Below, piece after piece: positions 1 to 28,135 of a stretch of DNA of 64,000 bases. Position numbers and translations under genes: made by a program. Positions within the stretch are counted from its first letter, which is position 1, and each line of letters opens with the position of its first letter. The notes beneath the pieces are model-generated. The model ran no database searches. It had not been told where the DNA came from and saw only the letters and a program-made list of their open reading frames with translations. This DNA comes from the human T2T-CHM13v2.0 reference genome, Homo sapiens: NCBI RefSeq assembly GCF_009914755.1, contig NC_060925.1, one strand, 5' to 3'.

Positions 1-925
1 TTCCTCTCTGCGCACCATCACATGGGGCCACGGCCCCTCTGCACTGTGCACCCAATGGGGAGGGACCACACGCCTGGAGGATGGCGACTGTAAGACGTGG
101 GGGCTGGGCTCTCCATTGCTCAACCCTGGCTCCTGTCTGGGAGAGCTGTCCAAGGCCTGGTGTGAGGACACCCTGTCACAGAGTTTTGCTGCTGCCTAGA
201 AACCTCCCAGCTGGGTTTACCAGGCCAGCTGTGTGCAGGGACCTGTTAGTCAGTGAGAGGGTGGGTGTCTGCTGCTGGGAGGAGGGTGGGAGCAGGCTCT
301 GCTGGGCCCCCAGTCTCCAGGCCTTGGCTGTGGTGGAGAAAGGGTCTGTCCTGTGGTTCAGTGTGATGGTGTGGCCCAAGGACAGGTGGGAAGGGGCAGA
401 CAGGGTTCCCAGGAGACCTCTTTGTAGCCCCTGCTCAGTTACTATCTCCAGGAAGCGAGGCAGACACTATGTTCCAGCCTCTTGGCGTGGGAAGGCTGCA
501 GCCAGTCAGTCATTGCTCCTGACTGGGGTCTGACCGCCCCAAGGAACAGCCTGCCTTGGGTCCTGGTGCCCTGCAGGTTAAAGCTTTTTCCCAGACCCAA
601 GGTTCATGCCTGCTGCTGGTGTGCAGAGGGCAGGAGAGGGGTCTGGGCGGATCTCTGAGGGTCTCTCCCAGGACTCATCTGTTCAGGTGAGAAATGGAAC
701 CAAGCCTCTGAGACCAGAACAGCTCCAGGAGAGCTGGGTGGATAAGCTGGGATAACAGTGAGAAGGAGAGATGGGTTGGAGGAGGAGGGGGCCTCTGATG
801 GCTGGAGAACGTGCCTTCACATATGAGCCAGTCCACGAAGCAAAGCAGAAAAGGCAGTGCCCTTTTTTGGGCTCCTGGTAAAAGAACCTTCCTTATTCCT
901 TGGGGCGGGGTGGTGAAGGGGCAGC
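1..925 (-). other. HEYL: HEYL 3'UTR (continues beyond the window start)
   Basis: Downstream of the stop codon; no canonical AATAAA noticed on the minus strand in 1-925. Confidence 0.75.
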
Positions 926-14045
<13,120 letters not shown>

Positions 14046-16128
14046 GGCGAACGCAGGCTGCCTGGTCTCAGCCCCGCGGCTAAGGCTCCCAGTCGGGAAG
14101 TCAGGCCCCGCCCCGGCCCCGCCCCGGCCCCGCCTCGGGGGCGCCGCCACCGCCCTTTCCCAGGGCCCTTTCCTGCGCCGCAGCTCCGGGCGCCCAGGCG
14201 CCCCCTCGCCCCCGCGGTGACGCGCCGCCGAGCCGTGGGAAGGCCCTAGGCGGTCGCCGCCTTCATCGACGGCTGGGAGGTCCGGCTCTGCTCCGCTGTC
14301 TCGGCTGCCGCGCGCTGGGTGGCCTTGGGCAGGTGCCCTGGGAGGCCCCGCGGGGAAGCCAGGAGTCCCCGTCTGTCCCTGGGTCGCCTGGGCGCTGCTG
14401 GCCTGTAGAGGCGCCGCTTCGATGCCCGGGATTCCGCAAGGGTCAACCCTGCGCGCTCCTGCCTCCTGGTGTTCTGGAGGCAGCAGACACATCAAGTTTG
14501 TCGAAGTTAGTCGTGGTGGTTGTGGCCTGATCCTCAGCAAGAATTCCCCAGCAGCAACTCCATAGGGGCCCAAAGCAAGTGGAATAGTGTGGTGGGGGCA
14601 AGGGGAAGACACTTACACTTCTGAGAGGTGGCAGTCACCCCCAAAAGGGACGGCTGAAGTTGTGGCCACCGCATCTGAGAAAGCTGGGCTCTGGCCGAGG
14701 TCCCTAAAGGCCTGGCGTGGTGGCAGTGGTGGGTTGTCCCTGGGAATCAGTTCCCAGTTCACCAGAGGTCGAGTTGTCCTGGGCGGCCAGGAGGCCAGGA
14801 AAGGGCTCCTTCTAGACGCTATGGCAGGGTCTCAAAGTGGGAGAAGGAGAGGAAAAGGGAAGATACCTTCCAGCCTCTCTTCCTGGGGCCTCTGCTTCTG
14901 GCAACCCATCAAACTGTTCACTCAGGGAGGGCTCTAGCTGCCCTGTCCTTAGGGGGACTTGTGGGAAGTTCTCAGATTCACCGGTCATCCTCAGGCGCCC
15001 AGTACCTCAGAGAAGCTCCTAAGGCTCCAAAGGAAGCTGCATGAGAGCATCCTGGAGCTGGACTTCTTGGGCAGGGAAGAGGAGATAGAGGAGGTCTTGG
15101 TGTGCTGGGTTAGATATGAGAGGTCTTTTCCTTTTTACCCGCCACCAGGTCAGGACCTGAGGGAAGCCACCCCTTCAAGTGGGAGAATCGGGTTGGTCAT
15201 CTGAGAATAACTGTGCTTCCATCCCCACAGCAAGGCCTGCTTGCTGGGGGACACTTGATTACTTGATGGGAAAGAATGTTCCTGTGCCCCCGTCCACACA
15301 CATCCACAGACACAACCATTTGGCCAGGTATGCAAACACATACACACGGACAGACTTACAAATATATACTGGTAGGCGCAACTGTCGTGAGCAATCAGTA
15401 CCAGGAAGCCCTGGTGGTCGCCCCAGCCACAACTATGGACTCTCATTCCAAATGCCCTCAGCACTCACATCACTTCTGTGGGCACATGCCAGTCAGTGGA
15501 AACCTCAACTAACAGAGAAGTTGCACAATGTGCTATGCATTCCCTGGAAAGGCGGAAGTCAAGGAAGCCTCCCAGATAGCTGCCCTGTGTAATTGGCTGA
15601 GATAGCAAAGATTGGAAGAGGAGCAGATTTGCAGGGGAAGGTCAAGGGCCCCGTGATGGACGTTTCATGTGAGATGTCTTGGATCATCAAAATACAGTGC
15701 ACAGTTAAATAGAGGGTATGGAGTTCAGAACAGAGGTCTCAGCTGGATATTAAATTTGGACGTCATTAGGTAATTGATGGCATTTAAAGCTATGGGAGCA
15801 GATGGGATCATTCAGAAAACGTGGATGGAGACAGAGCAGGGGCCTAGCTAAATACTTAACATTTGGTGAGCCCTTATTATAAAACCTGAAACTATTCTAA
15901 GTCTTTTGTAAATATTAACTCATTTAATCCTTGACAACCCTATAAAGTAGTAATATTATAATCCCCACTTTACAAGTGAGAAACAAAGGCTGAGAGGTAG
16001 ACTAACTCCACCTAAGGCCAACAGGCAATAAATGGAAGGGCTGGAATTCAACAAGGCAGTTCAGTTCCAGAGCCAAAACATTAGGCTTTATTACTTTATA
16101 CAGTACTCCCCCTTCTTTTAAAAATAAA

Positions 16129-16723
<595 letters not shown>

Positions 16724-16777
16724 GTCAATTATACAGCTCTTAAACATTGTGATATATTATCCAGTACTGAGCCTAGA

Positions 16778-17090
16778 GCTATGCCATCAATATAATAGCC
16801 ACGAACCCCCTATGGCTATTAAGTACTTGAAATGTGGCTGGTCTGAATTGCTGTATGTGCAGTGAGTATGAAATACACACCAGAATTTTTTTAAGTGTGA
16901 ACTATCTCATTGATATTTTTTGTTATGATTACATGTTGCAATGATAATATTGTATAAATATTGGATGAAATAAAATACATTAGTAAAGTTAACTTCCCTT
17001 GTTTTATTTTTAGGTTTTTAAAAATGTGACTACTAGAAAATGTTAAACTGCATATTTGGCTCCCATGATATTCCTATTGGATGGTGCTAA
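16778..17090. mobile_element. MER33-like hAT-Charlie element
   Basis: gtacttgaaatgtggct...gtatgaaatacacacc...ctattgga termini pattern. Confidence 0.6.
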
Positions 17091-17097
17091 TCTGGTG

Positions 17098-17314
17098 CAG
17101 GGTTTCTTAACCTCAGGACTACTGGCATTTTGGGTCAGGTCATTCTTTATTGTGTAGGGCTGTTCTGTGGATTGTAGAATGGTAAGCAGCCTCCCTGGCC
17201 TCTATCCACTGGATGCCAGTTATACCCGCTCCAGTTGTGACCATCAGAAATATCTCCAGATAAAATACCAAATGTCCCTTGGGGGAGAAATCGCCCCCAG
17301 TTGGGAACCGCTAG
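17098..17314. mobile_element. MER20 DNA transposon
   Basis: cagggtttcttaacctc...ccctggcctctatccactggatgccag...atcgcccccagttgggaaccgct. Confidence 0.8.
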
Positions 17315-18060
17315 TCTGGAGAAACTCCAAGATTTAAAGGTTGTAGAAGAGAAAGAGCTGCCAGAGAAGACTGAAAGGGCAGTGGAGGAGAGTGGGGTGT
17401 GTGTGGGGGGGTGTGGGCAGGAGCCAAAAGAGTGTTTCAAGGACTTGGTCATGATCCTTTTAAAATGCCAGTCAGATCATGTCACTTCCTGCTCAAAACC
17501 ATCCACACGCTTCACATCCCATTTGAAATAAAATGCCAACTGCTTACCATGCCCTATACACAGAACAACTGTAATAACCTGGGCACCTTTGAGAGTGAAA
17601 GGAGGCAATACTAATAATCATGCCAGGGCAGTTCAGGGCACACTGGAGGTACCATCTCCTAAGCTCAGGCCCCTGCCCATCTCTCCAGCTTCATCCCCAA
17701 CCACTTTCTGCCTTGTCCACTCACCCACGACAGCCTTCTTGCCATTTGTATTGGGCCATTCTCACATTGCAGGGGCCAGAGCTTAGGATGACAAACATAG
17801 CAACACATATAATGTAATGTCAGTGATATTAATAGATGCTGTGAAATAAGATAAAGTGAGGTGGAGACATAGGGTGACTGGGGGATTGGTGGCTATTTTA
17901 CTTAGGGGTCAGGAGATCGTCTCTGAGGATGAATCACTTATGCAGAGACCCGAATGGAGAGAGGGAATCTAAGAAGATCTGGGGAAGAGGATTCCAGGCA
18001 GAAGGAACAGCAAGTGGAAAGCCCTGAGGTAGGAACAAGCATGGAATATCAATAGAATGG

Positions 18061-18421
18061 TGATATGGTTTGGATCTGTGTCCCCATCCAAATCTCATGT
18101 TGAATTGTAATCCCCAATGTTGGTGGTGGAGCCTGGTGGGAGGTGAGGGAGGTGGATTTTTCATGAATGGTTTAGTCCCATCCCCTTGGTACTGTTCTCA
18201 TGATAGTGAGTTTTCATGGATCTGGTGGTTTAAAGGTGTGTGGCACCTCCCCTGCTTCCTCTCTTGTTCCTGTTTTTGCCATGTGACGTGCCTGTTCCCC
18301 TTTTGCCTTCCACCATGACTGGAAGCTCCCTGAGGCCTCCCCAGAAGCAGATGCTACTGTGCTTCCTGTACAGCCTGCAGAACCGTGAGCCAATTAAACC
18401 TCTTTTCTTCATAAGTTACCC
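18061..18421 (+). mobile_element. MST-family MaLR solo LTR
   Basis: tgatatggtttggatctgtgtcccc...cagcctgcagaaccgtgagccaattaaacctcttttc. Confidence 0.85.
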
Positions 18422-19122
18422 TGAAATACAGGGAGGTTAAATAACTTACCCAAGATCACACAGCTACTAAGTGGTAGAAATAGGATTTTAACCAAGCAGT
18501 CTGGCGCCAGAATTCATGCTGGTAACCACTGCAACCTGCATTAGAGCTGGGTGGACCAATCAGGAGACTCTTAAAATAGGCCAGGCAATAAGGACTGGAT
18601 TCGAGTGATACTGGGTTCCTGTCTGGGTGACTGAATGGATGAAGGTGACAAGCACCAAGGGGAAACACTGGAGAAGGGAAGGAGCTCACTATGGCCATGC
18701 TGTTTGTGAGACCTAGCGCACACCCAGGAGGAGAACCCAGGGAGAGGTCTGGGCTGGAGGAGAGATTTGGTGGCTGAAGACATGGGATTCATGACATATC
18801 TGTCCCAAGGAGCTAGTGCAGATCCAGAAGGGAGGAGAACCTAGGCTAGGACCCTGGGAAACAATAGCCAAAGATTCTCTGGGAAGAAGGAGGAGAATCC
18901 TGCGAGAATGGAGCACCAGGGACCAAGGCAACCAGGAGCCGAGAAAAGGGGCTTGGTCACCAGTCCAGGGGCTCTAAGAGGAAAGAAGTGTGATCAGGAG
19001 GTCACAGATGCCTTGGGATGAATGAACAGAGGCAAGGGAGGCAGAGACAAGGGCAGGATGTCATGGACTGGGAAGTGTCTGGGGTAGAGGGTTGCGGAAG
19101 CAGGTTTAAAAAGGGGGCACGT

Positions 19123-19292
19123 CAGCCAGGCACAGTGGCTCATGCCTGTAATAGCAGCTACTCAGGAGGTTGAGGTGGGAGGATCACCTGAGCCCAGGAG
19201 GTCATGGCTACAGTGAGCCTTGATTGCACCAATGCACTCCAACCTGGGCAACAGAGTGAGACCCCATCTCTAGAAAAAAAAAAACAAAAAAG
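19123..19292 (+). mobile_element. Alu monomer (FLAM/FRAM-like)
   Basis: Single Alu arm with A tail. Confidence 0.8.
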
Positions 19293-22200
19293 AGGGGCAG
19301 GTCAATGAGAGAGGGCACGCCATGCAACTCCAGGGACCAGCAGAGCCTCAGGAAGAATTTGCTCACTGATGGAGAAGGAGTCAGAAGTAAGGAGAAGGGT
19401 GAGAGGCCCAGGAGTAGCAGGCAGCCTCAATCCAAAGGGAGGGAGGACGAGACGGGCCCTCTATTCTACCTTCCGCTCCTTTCTGTCTGTCCCAGAGCTG
19501 AGCGAGCTGGAGATTTTCAGCGACAGGTTTCAGTTGCAGCAATACTTTCTCTATCACTGAGCCCACACTAGGTCAATCCCGTCTGCTCTTGGGGCTGGTA
19601 TTCAGATCACTAAACTGATATGGCCTGGGCTCTGAACGGTTGGCTTGCACATAGACTATACACTGGAACAGGATTCCAGAGACCACTGTGGCAGACACTG
19701 AGCCTCTAACTGCTGCATGGTGGAGGTATCTGGGGGGTCTCAGAGGAGAGGATGATTGGCACAGAGATGCCCAGGGTGGTGGTTGGTGGTTATTAATTGT
19801 GGAATAGTTTATGTCTGTCTGAGGCCTGGGCTGTTATCCCTGTAAAAGCAGGAACCATGTTGGGTTGTTCACTGTGATCTCCCTGATGCCTACCGGCGTC
19901 TGGCACAGGTAGGTGTTTGGTAAACATTGGCTGAGTGTCCAGTGATGGGGAGGGGAACTGAGGGGCTCCTGAAGGCCTCCACCTTGTCTGGGAAGGAGGT
20001 GCTTCCTTGTTCCTGGAAAAACAGCAGAGACATACAAGGACTTTCCTGGCCCATGGCCCAGGATGAAGTAGGGGGAAGAAGGGACCTGGAGCACCCAGGT
20101 GCCACTCAGTCTTCCCTCTGCAGGACTTTGTCCTGCCTTTGAGCCTAAGGACACTGAGACCCAGAGAGGGACAGAAGCATCCCCAGGGCCACACAGTGAG
20201 ACAGAAAGTGAGCCAGGACAAGAGTAGCCTTTCCGTGCCTTGGTTTTCTCATCTGTAAAATGGGATGATACCAAAGCCACTCACTCCACAGGGTTGTTGT
20301 GAGGGTTAAATGAGGTAAGATGCAGAGAGTGATGCCTGGTGTTGAGAGTGGGTGCTCTAATGCTACATTTGGGTTTGGCCTCTGTCTCCATCCACTCTAT
20401 CCCTAATTGGTTCACCTACTCCCTGGCTTTTCTTTCTATGAGCCAATGATTCCCAAATTTATATCTCAAATACAGACTTTTTTTCTCAGGTTCAGACCCA
20501 TAGATCCAACTGCCCAGTCTTTTTCCTTACACTCATGTTGGTCCACCCACATGTCGAGACCTAGCCGGGGTGTGCTGGGCCTGTCCTGGACCTCTGCAGG
20601 CTCTCTGTGCCACATCCAGATGTCAGGCAGCCCCATCATCACTTTCCTGCTCCATGTTCCATCCTGAGAACAGTCTGAGCCTCCTTGCCTCCTCCTCCCC
20701 CCACCCCCTGCTCATCCCAGGCCCTTCCTGTCCTCCCCTTGCCCTCCTCCCCCGCTCCTCTGGGACCCATCTGCGCTCACTTTCCACCTCCACAGCTGCT
20801 GCCACAGCTGGTCACTGACGGAATGTGCAGCTGCTGGGAGCCACATGTGCAGAGCAGGCGGAGCACAAGCTACCCCTGGGGCTAGCGAGGGTGGGGGCTG
20901 GGACCATCTGTCTGTGTCTGTCTGTCTACAACACACACATGCATGTACACGCACAGACTTCCAAGCTCCTTCTCTAAGTAAGGTGATAAACATGTTGGTT
21001 TGGTTCCCCTTCCCTGTCCCTGGGCTGCAGAGTTCATGCTCTACTTATCTGGGCCCCTGAGAGCAAAGCAGCTGGGCTGGCCCTGCTGTCTTGAAGCTTA
21101 TGCACTCCCACCCCTATGTTCAGGCAGTACAAATCCCGCAGGAGCCACACAGGGGCGGAATGGCAGACTGGGTGTTCAGAGCTTCCCTAGCTTTCCCAGG
21201 CCCTGGAGGGTGGCCCACCATGGAGGAAGCCAGAAGCTTCGGACACATTCCAGAGCCCCCTTGGCAGCACCCAGAGGCTCTGGAGGCGTGGCAGCCTGGG
21301 GGCAGGGCCAGCAGCATCTGTCCTGGTTCCCACACTCTGGCCTCTCTGGAATCTCGCATATTTCTCTTCCGTGTGTGCGTGATATCAGCAGGACAAGGAC
21401 ACTGGGGGTGGTGGCAGGGGAGGGACTGAGCTCCTTGAAGTCAGATGGCCATGGGGGTGGGGGTGGGAGCTGGGGGAGGGCCTGGTTCCTGCCATTGGTC
21501 ACACAGTACGAAGAGGACGCCCTGGCCTCTAGCTCCCAGGCCTGACTGGGTCCTGATACCGCCCAGTGCATTCCCATCAGAGCCCCTTTCCATCTCTCTG
21601 GGCCTTAGTTTCCTCATCTGTAAAACAGGAATAAGACAAGCATCTACCTCTCAGGGTAAGAGTAAACGTTGTAGAACCCAGATCCTCCTTGGAGTCCTTT
21701 TTGCTCTGTGGACAGCTTACTCTCCCATCACTCCCCTGACCCCTACCCCAGTCCTGCCACTTTCCATGTTTTCTGGAACATCTAACACAGGTTCATGTGT
21801 ATTAGATGGGCCTTTGTATTCTGTCTTGAAAGCCTTTCCCTTTCTCTGTCTGGAAAACTCATACTCATCCTACAAAGCCCAGCACAAAAATACCTCTCTG
21901 GGAGTCTTCCCTGCCTCCCCCTGGCAGCTAGTCCTTCCTCCTTGTACTCCTGTGGCTCCCTGTGAACACCTCCAGGGCAGCCCGACCTCCCTATTCTGCC
22001 ACTGTTTGTGGCATCTCACGAAGCTGTGGCTGAATGGGAGCTGCCCTTCCTGGGGCTGATGGCCACCTCAGGAGCCCAGGCACAACACCCCACAGCTGGT
22101 GGGTGTCAGAGCACAGTCAGGACATGGTTCTAGGCCTGGCCCCCAACCTGATCCTTCCAGGCAGAGCTTCCCACCTATACCATTTAGTCTGGACATAACA

Positions 22201-22699
22201 GGCAGAGGAAGGAGCTTGGACCTCACCAGCTGCGACAGCATTTCTTAAACCAGAAGCAGCCATTGTTCTCCTTCCTCCATCCAGGCCAGCCAAGCCACAG
22301 TCCTGCTGTACAGATGGAGTAACTGCAGCTTAGGCAAGGGAAGCCAGTAGCAGGGACTGGATTAGAACCCAGGGCTCTCATCCCCAGTTCAAGACCCTAG
22401 GCTCCTTTCTGCCCCCAAACTCCCTCTTTGATGAAGGATATGGAGACTGGGAAGTGATCATGGGGTTGAGGCAGAGCCTGGGTGAGGTGGGAACCCAGGG
22501 CTTGGGAAGCAGCTGTCCCTAACCTCTGGGTATAGCTGAAATTGGAATCCACCATGTCCTCTGATGTTGACAGGAAACCCACACTTCTATTTCACCACTT
22601 AGCAATGATGGAGAATTTTAACACCATCAGGCATAGCCCTAAGCTATCCTAGGGGTGGGGGAGAAGATGGATGAGCATGGGTCCTATGGCTCAGAAAAG

Positions 22700-23190
22700 G
22701 TGTGTCAGTTCAGGCCTTCTAGGAGACAGATGCTAAGGCCAATTGGAGATGCAGAACATTTACTAGATAAATTGCTTATAAGGGTAAAAGAGAGGGAGCA
22801 GGAGGAAGCAGAAAGAGCCTTTTGACCATGATGCAGGTCTGACATCTGTGAAGGAGAGTGAGAAGGGAGATGGCTTGGTTAGGAAGAGCCTTGGACTGCA
22901 ATGCAGCTCTGAGAAAGTCCTCATTGGGCCCAGAGTAAAGATGGGGTCCCACGTAGGACAGAAATAGCCTGGTGTTAGCTTCCCCACCATGCCCAGTCAC
23001 CACTGGGAGCAGGCTAGGAAAAGCATGCTATCTGCCCCATGAAAGCTGCAGCAGACCCAGAGGGGCAGCTGCTGCAGGCTGTTGGGTAATCATGCTCCTT
23101 GCAGCAGGTTCTCTCGAAGGAGATGTGAGTTATGCACTCTCCTGGCAGCCACAGAGGATACATGTTTTGCAAGGTCACCCAGCAAGCAAG
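22700..23190. mobile_element. Ancient ERVL-class LTR remnant (subfamily uncertain)
   Basis: gaccatgatgcaggtctgacatctgtgaaggagag motif typical of old LTRs. Confidence 0.4.
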
Positions 23191-23314
23191 TAACAAGTTC
23201 ATATCCTTGGGCTGTGGCTGTATTATTCTCACACTGGGGTGAGCTTTATACCACTTGGAGCTTCATAGGGCTTCTAAGGGGAACTTTGCCAGAGGAAGGA
23301 AAGAATGAAGATTC

Positions 23315-23768
<454 letters not shown>

Positions 23769-23786
23769 AGAATGAAGATTCAAATT

Positions 23787-24056
23787 GCTATGGTCTGAAT
23801 ATACCTCTCCAAAATTAATATGCTGAAACCTTATCACCAATGTGATGATATTAGGAGGTCGGGCCTTTGGGAGATTATGAGATCTTGAGGGTGGAAGCAT
23901 ATGCCACCATGCCCAGCTAATTTTTGTATTTTTAGTAGAGACGGGGTTTCTACTAAACATGTTGGCCAGGATGGTCTCAATCTCCTGACCTCGTGATTCA
24001 CCCGCCTCAGCCTCCCAAAGTGCTGGGATTACAGGTGTGAGCCACCGCGCCCGGCC
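23787..24056. mobile_element. MaLR LTR 5' fragment fused to a minus-strand Alu left arm
   Basis: tgctatggtctgaat...gggcctttgggag followed directly by Alu sequence from 23901. Confidence 0.65.
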
Positions 24057-24800
24057 AAAAATAATGTTTCTTTAAGTGACCTATTGGAAAATAAAACTGG
24101 CTACTAGTAAGCACAAGAAAAAAAAACAGAACACATAGGCCTTAGGTCATGGATGAGCTTTGCAAGTTGAAAAGGGAGTGCACACGGGAGGAGAAAGAAT
24201 TATGTCTGTGATTTCTTTATCTGGTGGTTACTCCTTTTTTTTTTTTTGGTTCCAGCTCCGAGCCACAGTCACATCTGTATCACATCATGGGGTTTTTATT
24301 CCCAAATCCAGTCCAAGACCATGTCAGAAAGTAGAGGATTCATTTATGGCACCAGAGGCTGGGGCTGATATCCAAGGCCTAGGAAGGAGGGGGTGTTAGG
24401 ATGCCACCCTTCCCCCACCCCTGCCTTTCCCTCACCTTGGACATGGGCCACTGGTCATAAAACAGGACAAACAGCTCTGGGACCACTGGCCTTATGGACA
24501 TTATAAAAATTTTACCATGAGACTAAGACATCTCAGAACACAGTTTCGATGATGTCCCCAAGTAGGTGACTCCAAGGCCCCTGAAGGAATGTTGGACAGG
24601 AGGTGTGGGAAGGAAGTAGATGAAGAATCATATTTCTCTCCATTCCTGGTGACTGGGTGGGGACAGGTGGGAAAGCAAGGGGACTTCAGGTTGGAGAATC
24701 CAGGAGACACATTCAAGTCTAGTCTTGCCACAGGGCAGAAGAACGGTTAACATAACCTTGGGGGCCCCTGGTATACCAGACTGATGGAGGTATAATAATA

Positions 24801-25235
24801 TGTGGTAGCCAACCTCCAAGATGGCCCCTAATCATCTCCACTTCCTGATATTCACCTCCTTGCGTAGTCCCCTCTCACCTTGTATCAGGGTTTGTCTGTG
24901 TGACCAATGGAATATGCTAGAGGTGATGACATGTCACTTCCAAGGCTAGGTCATAAAAGATGGTGTGGCTTTTGCCTTGCTCTCTTGGATTACTCACTCT
25001 CAGGGAAGCCAACAGCCATGTCATGAGGACACTCAGGTAACATTGTGGTGAGGAACTCTGGTCACCTGCCAACAGCCATGTGAGTGAGCCATCTTGGAGG
25101 CAGCTCCTCCAGCCCTAGGCAAGCCTTCCATTGACTGCAGCTCCACCTGGCAGCTTGACTACAACCTCATGAGAGGCTCTGAGTAAGAACCACCCAGAAA
25201 AGCCACTCTTGGATTCCTGCTCTGCAGACACTTTG
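24801..25235 (+). mobile_element. MLT1F-like MaLR LTR
   Basis: tgtggtagcc..cctccaagatggcccc...ctaggtcataaaaga...gccaacagccatgtgagtgag. Confidence 0.7.
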
Positions 25236-25624
25236 AGGTGCAGGAAGACCCTGGGGTGTAGGAAGACCCTGGGGTGCAGGAAGAAGAATGATGTGAGGGC
25301 TGGAGTCTGAGTTATCCCCTTCTTCCTTCATCTCACATCCTTTCTCATCTTCTCTTCCTCCCTCTCCATCCCCACCCTTGGTAGTTCCAGATGGGAACAC
25401 CGAGTCCATGTGAGGAGCCCTGTTGGGGGAAGCTTGCCTTCTGATGCTCTCAGGCTGCTGTCCATTGCGGAATCTCCCCTCAGGGTGGTCTTCATGTGCT
25501 GGGACAGATTCTACAGAAAGATCCCAGCACTAGTGGATGAATCGGGTCCCAGGCCTCTTCATTACCTACGTCACCATTAGCATTTCATGAGGGGCCATAT
25601 GCCAGTTTGTGAATACAATTGTGG

Positions 25625-25671
25625 GGAAAAAACAAGACAACGTAAGTTAATTAAAACCCTCTCCATTTATT
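25625..25671 (-). terminator. Polyadenylation signal AATAAA with downstream GU/U-rich element (distal NT5C1A)
   Basis: TTTATT at 25666-25671; the minus strand downstream reads ...CTTACGTTGTCTTGTTTTTTCCCC. Confidence 0.6.
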
Positions 25672-26165
25672 TGAATGGCTTTTAAGAAGCAGAAGCACAT
25701 GTGGTAAAATTAAGGTATAGGACATGCATGAGAAGTGACAGGGACCCACACTGGCAAGCACTCAGCACCCTTTATCATGTGACCAGGTAAATGTTACAAA
25801 GAGCCAGACAGGTCTGGATCGATGGGGTGTGCTACTAGTAGGCCAAAGAGGGCAAAGCTGGGAGAAGTACAAGCAGTCTTATTCCCAGACAAGGGAAGTC
25901 ACAAAGACGAAGAAACACATGCTCTAACCATTTACGGAGGCACTTAGGTTTATCATAACAAGCAACCCAGAGAGGTTGGGTGATGAGGAAGACTGAGGCA
26001 GCAAATGCTATCAAAGCAAAGGGCTTCTGACAGGTAGATACAAGCACATTATGCACACAGGTTTCATTTTTCATCGTATTCTATATCGGAGGTTATTGAG
26101 ATGCTCTTAAGTAGAAACCAGAAGTTAAGTATATGTGCGCTATTACATTAATAAAGAAGTTCGTA

Positions 26166-26529
<364 letters not shown>

Positions 26530-28115
26530 TCATCTCTGAGGTCTCTTAAATATCCATCACTGAGAATCTGAGTGTAATATCCTCAGACTCTCAGTGACTT
26601 GGGTCTTAAAAACCCAAGTCTCTGGGCCTGGGCCAGCGGATGCAAACTGGAGATTCAAGGGCCGGATCTCGCCTACAGAATATGTTTTATTTGGCCCAGA
26701 TGGTGTTTTCTAAATTCAAAATAGTTGCCAACATTTAAAAGTCCAGATTCCCAGCTTCTCTTCAAAAATGGGGCGGACTACCCGGCAACCTCAGGCCACA
26801 TTCCCATGTGGCAGCAACCGTGGCAGACCACAGTGTTCTCCATTCTCAGTGAAGAACTGGCTTAATCCTCTCCACTCATTTATGTTTCCTGCCTCGCCCC
26901 TGTAGGCATTGGGGTTTGTGACCCTGGCCCAGGCATCCAGTCTAGGGTGACCTCAGTGATTTTCTTGGTGGCTTCTTGGTGGCAGTTAGCTACAAGACTA
27001 GCCTTGAGGCCTTTACCCTAATTCCGTGGCAGATGGCCATGAAGGCATATATTCACCCACAGGCCAGGAGTGTGGGAGTCAGTGACCCCAGTCTTCACAG
27101 CTTTGGTTTGCCTTACAGAGGCTTTCACTTTGCAAAGATGAGTAACTGAAAAGTTCCCAGCCACATTTCACTTTTATAAATGGAATTCCAAAGGCCTCTA
27201 GGGGATGGCCCATCAGGGAGATACTTCCCAATTAAGGTCAATGGTAAGTCACTTCTGGGCCACATTAGAACACTCAAGCAGAGGCAGGAATCTTTGTCTA
27301 GGTTGGGCAGGGCTGGTAGTGGGGAGGGAAGGCAACTTTCGTAGCCATGGCCATGAGATGACCAGGGCATCTGTATACAGTTGGCAGGTTGTGCAGGTGT
27401 CTAATAGGTACTACCCATGTCACAATACCAATGGCGCCCTCTAGATTTTTGCAGTGCACAATCTGCCCAACTGGACACGTTGGCCTTGGCACTGTTAGGG
27501 GGAGGGAAGAAACAAATGGAGATGATGAGGCAGGTATAGTCAAAAGGATTGCCCTTACACAGATTCTACCACTTCCTTCCCAAGGCTCAGGAGTAGGGGT
27601 AGGAGGCAGAGGGTTAGGAGCCAAGACTTTCTTGGCCAGAGGTTGGGGGCTGGTCTCGGTGGCCCCCAAGCTGCACATACGCAAATGCCCATGTTATGAT
27701 GGAAATGGGTACAACTATCCTAGGGCTGGCCATCAGTATGTGGGTCCCAGGACACTCAGTTAACAGAGATAACCATCTGTACACATAGTGAGTACACACA
27801 CACACACAGAGTCATTGGCTGAGATATCTGGCCCATTACACACACCCACATAAATACACGTACGTGTACGATTTTTATCCTGTTGCACAAACTTAATATG
27901 TGTGCATCCATACACACAATCACAGTAATTGCCGGCAAGAGCAATCGGCTCGTCACTCGGGCATATTTAGCAAACATTTCCAGAGCACCTGAAGTCCTTT
28001 TTGGCTGGCTAGAGCTAACCGTGGGGAGAGTCCAGCGCAGCACTAAGTCAGTGGGAGAGAAAAGTAAATCAGTGGGTAGAATCACTTGACTACTGCCAGC
28101 AGCTGCGTGCCGGCC

Positions 28116-28135
28116 TGCAGTGCCACCTACTGGCA
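28116..28135 (-). promoter_or_regulatory. CTCF motif
   Basis: Minus strand TGCCAGTAGGTGGCACTGCA matches CCASYAGRKGGCRS. Confidence 0.65.

Noticed and set aside
486-493. Perfect CGTGGGAA in the HEYL 3'UTR
   Set aside because: An isolated 8-mer without a partner site or CpG-island context; plausible by chance.
25234-25285. 18-bp tandem repeat (ggtgcaggaagaccctgg, ~2.7 copies)
   Set aside because: Real but short, at an LTR edge, with no evidence of function.
27430-27450. Additional CTCF-like cores (27432, 34259, 46703, 47178)
   Set aside because: Each lacks the 5' CC or has the wrong G-run length, so the matches are too weak to call.
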